The translations under genes were made by a program, and so were the position numbers. From Bilabrum cf. latius (Eukaryota), in NCBI GenBank assembly GCA_965178125.1, contig OZ237758.1:434001-498000 (forward strand): DNA of 64,000 nucleotides. Reading direction: 5' to 3'. Every line of letters starts with the position of its first letter. Positions within the stretch are counted from its first letter, which is position 1. The notes beneath the pieces are model-generated. The model worked only from the letters and a program-made list of their open reading frames with translations, was not told the origin of the DNA and did no database searches. Positions 12,343 through 22,386 of the stretch are shown piece after piece.

Positions 12343-13989
12343 ATGGGGTCCTGTTGCTCTAGTGATAACGCTGTAGTTCCTGTGCAGTGAGACCACTTGC
12401 GGGAGCGGCATGTTTGCTCCATACAGTCGCAGATTCCTACGCCGAGACTTTTGAATCAATTTTTATTACACGCAGATCAGAAGCCGATAAGGAAGCAGTC
12501 GAAGCGTTGGAGAGGCGGAGCAAAGAGGCAATTCAGTTGATCATTCGAGATAAGCAGCAGAGGGAAGGCAACCAGGGCGCAAGTCGGTAGGACCTGTGAG
12601 TATGGTGCGAAATTCGGCACTATAGGTCGAGGAGTTGCCTTCAGTGGTGTGCTGTGTCACGCTCTGAGGTGCTCCACTGCGTACATTCACGAGCAACGGC
12701 GGCACAACCCAACTCATAGTAGGCCTGCGTGCCATTCTCTTGACTCCGACTTGCGAATGCATTCCCGAAACCCTCGCAGCAACTCTCAATTCAATCGAAT
12801 TATATTGAAGTTTCCCAAGGTTCGAAGAGCATTCAAGGCGGTCCGACGGGTGTTCGACGAGTTCGACGACGACAATTCCGGGACGATCGACCGTGGGGAG
12901 CTGCGCAACTGCCTCGCCGCTCTCGGCGCCGAATTGGCAGAGGAGGACGTAAAGGAAATGTTCGCTGGTTCCCAGCTAACGGCTCAGGGTGAACTGGACT
13001 TCAAGGAGTTCCTCGTCGCACTCTCCCTGGGGTCGGTGCTGCAGCTCTTCCCCAGCCTGAGGGCCTACTCGGCCGTAGACCTGCAGAAGCTCAAACAGGA
13101 GGAGGAGGCCAGGAGAGGGGGGCTAGAGGACGGATAGACCCTGCCGGCGAAACCGCCCAGCGCAGCCGCCGCGGGATCCGACGACTAGGAGGGAGAGAGC
13201 AAATACAAGGTCGACACCAACGTGGGCGAGACCGCCCCCGCAACATCCCCGGCGCGAGCGGGGCCCGCAGACACCTCCGGCCCCGTGACCCACGCCGTGA
13301 CCCCCCACACCCGCGCCAAGCTGCAGCAGAAGGGACGCATGCTGGTGGAGGGCCTAAAGATCGTGCTGGAGGCCTACTGCCTCTTTGACCAGGACGGGAG
13401 CGGAACCATCGACAAGGATGAGGTGCTCGGCATGATTGCAGAGGCTTCCAGCGGCGGGGCCAAGCGAGCTCACGGCGCCTCGCAGGGAACAAGCGCGATG
13501 CTCTCATCGGAGCGGTGGTCGCAGCTAGACTGGGACGACGACGGGTCCGTGACCCTGAGGGAGTTCATCAGCGCCTTCTATTCCTGGGTGGGACTGGATG
13601 ACGACGACGAGGACAACACGGAGTACGACACCGCGGCGCCCGAGCAGGGGGAACAACAGCTTGACGAGAGCGGCAAGCCGGTGAGTCTCGAGGACAGCGC
13701 GCCCACGCCGGCCCGGGTGCCGCCTCCCACTTCCGAAGCCCTGCAGAAGGAGGAGGCAAGGGCGAGCAAGCCGAGGGGTGGTGCCTTCCGGAAGAAGGAG
13801 TCGTGGACAAAGGGGAGCAGCGGGGCGGCGTCTGCGGGCTCGGGGGGCCCATCAGCGGCTGCTGGCTCTGCTGGTGTTGCCGCGGGCAGCAGTGGGGCCG
13901 GTGGCGTGGTTGTTGATGAGCACGGAAGAAGGGTGTCTTTCGATGGCAGGGGTGGAGGTGCCGCCGCCGCCAATGGGGCGGGCAGATGA
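12343..13989 (+). CDS. N-acylated EF-hand calcium sensor resembling plant CML21/22 (~457 aa; exons 12343-12386, 12476-12595, 12780-13989)
   Basis: N-terminus MGSCCSS; FNRIILKFPK...FDEFDDDNSGTID; ELDFKEFL; FDQDGSGTIDKDE; LDWDDDGSVTLREFISAFYSWVGLD. TAG at 12588, 13135 and 13186 joins the two EF-hand pairs. Ends in TGA. Confidence 0.85.
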
Positions 13990-14452
13990 TGCATGCTGGG
14001 CTGCTGCGTCGTAGTGCCAGTGGTTGCCGGCTGCAAGCCGGACTACCAAGAAGTCTGCCGGTCTGACGCCGTGCCCAGGTTGCGCGAGGCCTCTCTTTCG
14101 CAAGACAGGAGTATGGAGCAGCCCCGATAGATTATGTCAATGGGATAGAATATACTTGATCGTTGATGCAGGCTACGTGCACTGCCTCCCAAGACCAGCA
14201 TCGCACAACGGTCTAGCTGATAGCCGCATTTGTAAATAAATCAGGCCATCAAATACGAATAATCTTAAGAAACATGCAAAGCATCCGGAGAGAAAGGGAG
14301 ATGCAACGGCAGCAACAGCGGCCGCAGATCTTCCGGCTCCGCCGGCCTGGCGTCTTGGATCCAGCATCCAAAAAAACAGCCGCCCAATGAAGGCTTACTT
14401 CGAGCGAGATGACGCATTGGCTCGCCCCAATCGTCTCAAAACCAGCGTTGGT

Positions 14453-17400
14453 TCAATCCCCACCGGCGAGCCCCTGCCTCCCGCGCGCCAGATCGCGCCC
14501 TTCCATGAACGGGCCCACGACCCCAAAGAAACTCGGGCTGGGCGACCCCACTGGCTCTCCGTCAAACTCGCCGACGTGCACGTCGCGAGCACCGGGTGCC
14601 TGCGCGGCCCTCATCAGGTAGTGCCTGTACACGTCCCCATCGGCCCTGCCAAGGGGAGAATGCACGAACGAATCCCTGAACCCGAATGAGTCTACCAGAG
14701 CCACTGCATCCGGCCGCACGCTCGCGCAAGCGGCCTGGTGAAGCGCCGGCAGTGCAGAGGCCTCGGCCGCTGTCAGAGCGCCGCACGTCGACATGGCCGC
14801 CTCGAGTGCCCTGCACCTAGACAGCACGTGCAGGGACAAAAGCCTCTCCAAAACCTTTGAAAGCGGCTCTTCCCCAGCGCCTTCCCCAGCATCGGCCGGA
14901 GATGCCCCACCATCCTCGCCAGCGTCTCGAAGGGCAGGCCCCAACCGGGACGCACCGGGGCCAGATGCACCCGATTGTCTCCTCTCGCGCCTCCTCTGCG
15001 CCTCCACAGCAGCTGCGAATGACGTGGCGATCCGCGCCCAGACGCCCGCCCTCGACGCGTCCAGCATGGCAGGCGCCGCCAGCTGCCAGGCGCGCGGGTG
15101 CACCTGGGAATTGGCATCGGCCGGGGCCCACATCTCGATTGAAGCGTGCCTGGGGAATGGTTCCGGCCCGCGAGGCGCCGTCCCGGCAGTCTGGGGAGCG
15201 TAGGCGCGGGCTTCCCTCGCGCAGTAGAACAGGAGGCAGTCCGCGGCATCAACCGCGACCGCAGCTGCCCGGCCCAGCTCGGCGGCGGTCAGCCGCAGCC
15301 TCCGAAGAGCCACGCTCGCGTGCGCCACGGGCACGTTGGGCTGCGCCGTGCCCTTGGCGTCTTCCTTCGCGCGCTGCTGGGCCGTGGAACCGGCAATCGC
15401 CTCGGCGCACGCAGCGGCCACTGCGGCGGTTCGGGAGGCGGGCAGCTCCGTGGATACGGCACGCGCCACGGCGGCCACGGCAGCGGCAGCGGCTGAATCG
15501 GCCGCGTCCGTACCCACGGCCCGCGTGGGTCCCCCCACCGACGTCCCTTGCGCGCCCTGGGGAACAGCGGCATCCACACCGTGCTGCATCATGGCTGACA
15601 GCAGCTGCCCGAGCACAGGGTGCAGAGCGCCGCCGCCCGTGCGACGCACCGCGGCCGCCTCCGCACGGTGCTTGCCCACGACCGCGCGACCCGTCTGCAG
15701 CGCCATCACCACGTTATCACCCTCCCAGCTGCACATGACTGCGAAGTCTCTCGACTGCCAGCTGAGCCCGCAGTACTGCGAGTACCCGTGCCCGCCCATG
15801 GACTGCCTCAGCAGCTCGAGTCCGCCGTGGCAGTCCCACGTGGCCCAGGCTTTGAGGCCGGCGCTCTCCGCGTGAAGGGACGAGGCGTCGGAAGGGGCGG
15901 CTCCTTCCGACCCGTGAGCCACGTCGCTCCGGGACGAGTTGCCGTCGTGGCGATCGCTGGCCTCGATCTCCTCGGCGGCCGCGTCCTCGTCCTCGTCCTT
16001 GCCCTCGCCCGCGTACAGCGGCCTGCCGGACCCCTGCTCATAGAGGCGCGTGACTCGCTTGGCGGCAAAGTGCAGCGCAAAGGAGAGGGCTAAGAGAGGG
16101 AGCACGCGGGCCTGGACGGTGGGATAGTCCAGCGCCTGCGTCTCCAGGTGCCTGTCCTTGGCGGCAAGCTGCGCCTGCTCGCTGCCCTCGCCCCCCTTGC
16201 TTGAAGACAGGTCGGCGGTGCCCGCCACGAGTTTGGCCACGTCAGTCCGCATGCCGCTCCGCGCCGCGTCCCTCTCGAACTGTTCCCCAAGCAATTCCCT
16301 GGACGCAGCTCCTAGCGCGGACGTGCTGCGCGGATCCGCTGCCCCCGGCATGCCCTGCCGCCTCACGGCGAGGTACCGCACCGCAGTGACCAGGCCCCTC
16401 TTCAGCCAGTCACTGGATTCTTTGCACATCACTGCGCGCCCCAGCACCAGGGCAGAGTAGTTGCTGCTGCCCCCGTCCCCACCCCCGGCCTTGCGGGCAG
16501 GGACCCACGCCCCACCCGACGAGACGCTCCCGCTCCCCCGAAGCAACGCGTCCCTGCCCAGCACGCAGCGGTCGAACTGCAGCCAGCCGTTGTCGATGCC
16601 GCCCCGCCCGTGCTTGCTGCCGCAGTCGCCAGCCCGCACGCCTGGAAGCAGAGAGTGCAGCGGGAGTTTCCCGTCAGACACGGCTCGTCGTCCTCCCTCG
16701 TCCTCCTCCTCCTCCTCTAGCCCCCTGCGAAGCTGCACCACGAAGCACTTGACGCCCCTGTCGACCCACACGGGCCTCCCCGGCTGGCTGCCGGGCCCAT
16801 CCGGGGTCACCAGGCGGGCAAACACGGCGGCATGCGTGGCCGTGCGGGCCGCGCCGCCGATCCACCACTTTGCGCTAGCGGCGAAAGGGGAGTGGAGAAC
16901 AAAGTACCCCTCGGGCTCCTCGTCGCCGCGCAGGGTTCCGCTCGCCCGGCCCAGACCGGACCTGGCGGCCTCTGCTGCCGCGGCAGGACACAGCCGATTG
17001 GAGCCCCTGCGAGGGTCGTCCAAAGGAACGCCCATCGCACGGCGGCAGGAGTCGGCCTTTGTGGCCGCAGAGGCCGCTGCATGAGCCCCGCCCGCGCCCC
17101 CCGTCCCCCTCAAGAGCGAAGCCTTCGTGTCCTCACCCAGCCCGCGGAATGGCGCCGCGCACCCCGGCGGAACATACACGGCGGTGGTCTCCACTCCCCT
17201 GGTGAAACTCCCGTGGCCCAGCTCGGTCATGGCGAAGCATCCCAGCGCCTGCATGGTGTAGGCCTTGCCCATCCACTCGGCCCTCTGCTCTTCATCACCG
17301 CTTCCTTGCAGCGCGCCGCAGAACAAACCGAAATGCACGCCGTTACGGGTGGCCCAGGAGGGCATCTGCATGCTCCACATCTCAAGCCGGGCGCCCCTCG

Positions 17401-18036
17401 TCGCTAGGTCGTCCACCATGAGGTAGCGAATCACACGCCTCACGCGAGCGGCAGCCTGGGCTCGCTCTCCGGACCCGGTCCAATCCTCACGGCCGGGGGC
17501 GCCCTTGCAATGCCTTGCAAGAGCTGCACCGCCCGCCCAGGGGTTCTGGTGCTCGTCAGCGGCGGCTCGCTTCTCGGTGCCGGATGCCTCCTCGTCCTCA
17601 ACGTGCTCGCTCGACCCCCCGAGCAGCGGCGATGCGCCTGGGACCGCCAAAGACGACTTGCCGGCAAGCGCCCTCTCCAGAGCAGCGGCCTGCAACTGTG
17701 GATTAAGCATCGGGTCTCGCTCCCACTGCACTTGCACCAATCGCTTTAGCTCTGCCTGTCGACGACCCCCCGCCAGCAGCTCCTCAAGAGCCTGAGTGCT
17801 GAACCGAGCTGCGAGGGAAAGCAGGCAAAGTCAGCCGGATGAATGCAAATACAACAGCAAAGCACTCTAAATCAGACAACAGTTAGCACGAACTCGTTGT
17901 CCTCACATCGCAATCGCTCGGCTGACATGGTGGCGACAGGCAACGAACTCGACCCATCAAGCCACGGGATCGGATTCTTCGATGTATCAGATACACGCGA
18001 CGACACACCGTCTAAGTGGCGGCTTATTCTATCCAT
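14453..18036 (-). CDS. Acyl-CoA oxidase (peroxisomal type) with long low-complexity insertions (~1,161 aa; exons 18036-17907, 17808-14453)
   Basis: Motifs VHFGLF, GCFAMTELGHGS, SAKWWIGG, GDCGSK.G..GIDNGWLQFD, RYLAVRRQ, LDYPTVQARVLP, RQSMGGHGYS, CSWEGDN (catalytic Glu) and VRPDAVALVDSF...SPLGRADGDVY. One GT-AG intron. Ends in TGA. Alternative start at 17928. Confidence 0.9.
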
Positions 18037-18369
18037 GCCTAGGGACCTTTAGCAAGTGCTCAGGGCGAGATCTAGTGAGTAACGAATCTTGGCGGAGCGG
18101 GATCCGAGAAAGCAGTGAAGGTTCGCTTGTAGCCGGCGCTCCAGAGAGACAGCGCAATCAGACGATAAACTCCGTCACACAATTTTCAATTCACGTGTCA
18201 GATTTTGAATGGAAATGCGGCAAGACGGGGGCTGTCGGAGTCAAGGACGCTGTTGAGGTCACAAGGTCACAACACTGACTGCAACTGCGGAGCGGGCGCA
18301 AAGCACAAGCTAATTGTTGGACTGGCGAGCATCAACGCTTAATTTATTCGCATAGATACGTCGGACGTG

Positions 18370-20166
18370 ATGTCAAGTGACTCGCCGTGGCAGCCTCCGG
18401 CACAGAAGCCGTCTCGTCAAGCCATGCTCGAATCTAAGCAATGCAGAGTGGCAGGTGGACCTGCCTTGATCGCCTCGAGACCGGACAGTATGGTAGACCA
18501 CGTGGAAATGAAGCAGCCTCTTCGAGCACGAGGTGCCAAATCAACTGGCGCCGATCGTAACCTGTCGACATTTGAGCCCGCGTCCAGCTCGTCTGGTGCC
18601 GCAGTAGGCACGGTCAAGCTGATTGCCCCGGGTGTATTCTACATTCCTAAATTCCTTGCAACGCGAGCCTTGTAGGAAGAGCTGCTTGGGGAGTTTGACC
18701 GCATTTGCGGGTGGGACGCACCGTCACCATCCTCCGGAAGTTTGCAGAAGCAAATGCCTGCTGGTTCTATCGATCTGGTCCGAGACGAACGCGAACTGCC
18801 GCCAAGGGCGGCATTCGTGCGAACGACTACTATATTCGGCAAAGTTGGTTTCATGAGCTGTTATGTGCAGAGTGCTGGCTTAAAGTGGACGTACGAGAGC
18901 AAGCTGAAACATGGTGACGGTGCTGCCAGCTCGCAGCAAGCCGCTGCAGAGCAGGCCAAGCGGCTAGACTCGAGCGCTTAGAGCAGAAGTGCCTCCACTA
19001 TAAGCAAGAAAAGCCGGCCAGAGGGTGCAGCCAAGTAGTAGCCGCCACCGAGGGAACAAGTGGCCCAGATGCCAGCCAGCTTCAGGCGGCTCTATCACCT
19101 CGCGATTGGCATGTGCGGCGCGAGTCCAGCGTGCTTTTCTCCTCGTGCCAAAGCCGACCTGTGCTTCTGCAACCTGTACCCCCGGAACTGGGGCAAGATG
19201 GGATGGCACAGCGACAGAGACGAGAGCAAAACATCGCTGGAGAGGGGTGACCCCGTGGTGTCTCTCTCTGTGGGCGATGCGGCAGAGTTCACTCTGTTCA
19301 TCCCTAAAGAGCTGGACGCGATTGATGCATCTTTGTACATGGGAAATGCTGATGAGGCAAAAGCGTCTAAAATTTCAGGGCGCGTATCTGAGACCGGTGG
19401 CATCGCTGTTTACTTTGGCCGGGGAAGTTGCCAGTCTGCGGCCACTGGTGGCACCTCGGCTTGCAGCGATGCCAGCAGTGCGAAGCACCACTGTCTGCCT
19501 GTGGTTGAGACCAACGACGGCGACGAGGTGGTTGACCTATCGGACGATTCAGAGACAGAGACTTCACCGCTGGCTGCTGCTGCGAGTTCGTCCAGCTCGT
19601 CAAGCTCAACCATGAGGCCCGCTACTAGCCGATCGCAAGCGTCCAAGGCGGGGAGTGGAGAGCGAGCTTGCGCGTAGCCGCGGGCCGCCAGTGCTCCCCA
19701 ACCGGGCAGCAAGCGTGCACGGATCGAAAAAGCATCGACCACAAGGCTGCGTGCAAAGAATCACCCCCAAGCCACCGGAAACACACCGAAAGGCTCGGAA
19801 GGAGCCGGGTTTGCGGCAGCGAATGAGAGTGCCAGTGGGGCCTGCAGTCCTTTCAAGAGGCGTCGTGTGGAGAAGACGGGTAGCAACAGCTGCATGTCAC
19901 GGGCCAGTGCGACCCAGAGTCGAGCATCCAAGCCGATAACTGCATCATTAGTGAAGCCAGGGCTAACCTGCCGGTTTAAGGGGCCGGGCAAGTGCAAGGG
20001 CAGGGTCGTGACAGTGCTGCTCAAGTCAGGTGACTGCCTCGTGTTTGGGGGGCATGCTCGCCTTGTATACCATGGCATTCGCAAGATTGTTGGGCCTGTG
20101 GGCAGGCCTCAGGGGCTGAGGATGATCGACGGAAGGCTCAACGTGACTCTCAGATGCAAGGCGTGA
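18370..20166 (+). CDS. AlkB-family 2-oxoglutarate/Fe(II) dioxygenase (~598 aa; 5 in-frame TAG)
   Basis: PGVFYIPKFLATRAL[TAG]EELL; CFCNLY...KMGWHSDRDE (HxD); PVVSLSVGDAAEF; LKSGDCLVFGGHARLVYHGI (distal His); GRLNVTLR. The catalytic residues join into one protein only if TAGs at 18673, 18979, 19036, 19039 and 19675 are sense. Ends in TGA. Confidence 0.9.
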
Positions 20167-20510
20167 GTCAGCCTGGTGCACTGCCTCCGAGTCTAAACCT
20201 GTCGGCGGGATTCCAGTTGAAATTCAAGCCGAGACCTAGCCGAGGCGAGCCCGGGGTGGCCTGGTGTGAGCCGCCGTGCCCCAGTGCTCCATACCCTTGG
20301 TCTGCAGGCCTGTCGAGTCACCTCAGAAAGTCGACCAACTGGCTACTGATGCTGCCCATCACGTCACGACAAAGGGGATGACACACGCGCCACTGCGCAC
20401 CGCCGCCATCTACTTCGTCACGGTCCCTGGGCACCGTTTGGCCCCTCCGCCAACCCGAATAAGAAATGGTTCTAGCGGGGTGGGCTTGCCGTAGCTGCAT
20501 TTCGGTTCGA

Positions 20511-20584
20511 AGCATGAGCAGCCTTCAGACACGACTACTCATGCTATGAGCAGCCTTCAGACACGACTAGATCTACTCATGCTA
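20511..20584. repeat. Tandem duplication of a ~32-nt hairpin-forming unit
   Basis: ATGAGCAGCCTTCAGACACGACTACTCATGCT at 20514-20545 is repeated at 20546-20583 with a 6-nt insertion. AGCATGAG and CTCATGCT are inverted repeats. Confidence 0.85.
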
Positions 20585-21076
20585 ATCGCTGCCGAGCCGC
20601 AACGACGTGCGATCCCATAGACACGCCTTGGCAATAGAATTCACCGCAATGCCGAAGATGAAAATCGCCTCACCCTCGTTATCAAACGGCACCTGGGTGG
20701 CTTTCACACCCTGGAACCGGGCCACTTGGCCCTCTGGCTCCCGGATGGGACACTATATCATATAGTCTATATGGTCCACGGCCGACCGGATGGTCTGCTC
20801 GAGCGCGCCCGACACTCGATAGTGCACGCGACCAGGAAGGCCACCGCAGACACGTTTGTCCTTAAAGGCGACACTGTGCCGGACTGACCCTTTTAATTCG
20901 GCAAGCACCCCCTACCGGTGATAATCCGCGTCAGCCGCCGCCAAGCATCCCTGGCGACCTCGTCAGCGTCGGACCACAGGAAGTTTGACAGCGGGGAGGG
21001 ATGAAGCATCCCACTACAGTCTTTCTGCCTGCGTCCTCTCTGCCAACACCATCACACGGCTCTTGTTTATGCCTTC

Positions 21077-21108
21077 CTGAAATCTGAAATCTGAAATCTG
21101 AAATCTGA
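21077..21108. repeat. Heptamer microsatellite (CTGAAAT)x4.5
   Basis: ctgaaat ctgaaat ctgaaat ctgaaat ctga, read directly from the sequence. Confidence 0.9.
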
Positions 21109-22386
21109 TTTAAGGTCAAGCATAACCGAACAATGGGTGCTGCGCAAAGACAGCATGACCATGACGGTGGACTTTCGTCCGCAACCGTATACAGCGAGGC
21201 AAGCCCCACTGCACCGGCCCTAACAAGATCCCACACTCCCCACTCCCTCACCTCACTCTCCGCGAGCCACGAAACACTCACCACCCCACAAACACTCTCT
21301 CTGTTCGCCATAAATGGCCTCCCCATCCATCTAGTGCCTCGCTGGTTATAGCCCACACGCTCCTACCTGACATACCCTGTCTCCTGATATGCCTCCACAT
21401 CTTCACCACTCCTCCGGAATAGGTCCCGAACAATCCTGCCTACGGGCAGAACCCCTCAGTGCTGCCGATCTCTCATAAGACAGCCCATCGACAGCCCAAA
21501 TAAGACACACCCACCCAGTGCCCCTTGCTTCAGCCCACCTGGCCGTATCCCCAACCCGGCCAGTTGCCTCTCGCCCCTGTTACCCCGCACCACAATCTCC
21601 GCGGTCTCCGCGCAACCTGCAACGCATCAACCGCACGTTCCTTCTTGGTTTTCCTGGTCCCCTTGAAAACCTTCACTCGCTCACCTTTCCTCCGTTATAG
21701 GTGCTACACGAACTTCCTGTGCAGCAGTTGCTCTCTCCCTTGGACCTCCGCAAGCAACCTCAACAAGCCGTACTCTCCCCATCCAATGAGTACGCCCCGA
21801 ACAGCAAACCTTCTCCCCCCGAGGCCCCTGTCCTTCTCGTTCTCGTGCCTAGTTTTCACTGGAAACAACTATTCTTGGCCCGTTCCAGGTTGTACCGCGA
21901 ACATACATCTCGCGCCAAGTCTTGTCACGGCAAGCGTTTTCGGCACAAAACTCTCACGCATGTCCGGCGCCAAACTCGCGCCTCCAAAGACATAAACTAT
22001 GAGTAATTTTGTGAAAATAAATGCCCACCCCGCCCGAATTCGCGCCCCAATCAAGACAAGGAGAACGGATGCACATCCAACGGCTATCAACCGATTGGCG
22101 CCAACCCTCCCACCGATCAACAGGCAGCTACTCTACTCACTTTCCCACCACGATTACTTTGCCCCACACATCACAAGTAATAGCCGGGAATTGCAAGCCC
22201 ACCTCGCATGCACCCCAGAGGCAACGAGAACACGATCCTGCGGCTCGTTCGAGTCAAACACATAGTAGCGTACTAAGTGTGGTTTTAGAGCTGAGCACGT
22301 TACGCGCTGCACATGGGTGACAAATAGTCCATTCCATCAGCTGGAAAATCAGGATAACTAGTCCTTGACGCCACATAGTCTGATTC

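Noticed and set aside
14330-14455. Cryptic PTS1 by readthrough of the acyl-CoA oxidase TGA
   Set aside because: The in-frame extension (TNAGFETIGASQCVISLESKPSLGG...) shows no SKL-like tripeptide followed by a stop in the part I read.
20460-20520. Possible tRNA (GGTTCGAA T-loop-like motif), e.g. a suppressor tRNA-Gln(CUA)
   Set aside because: The flanks do not form a T-stem, acceptor stem or anticodon arm. No tRNA was recognised anywhere in the window.
21077-21108. Interstitial telomeric repeat
   Set aside because: The CTGAAAT/ATTTCAG unit lacks the G-run typical of telomere repeats and has only ~4.5 copies.
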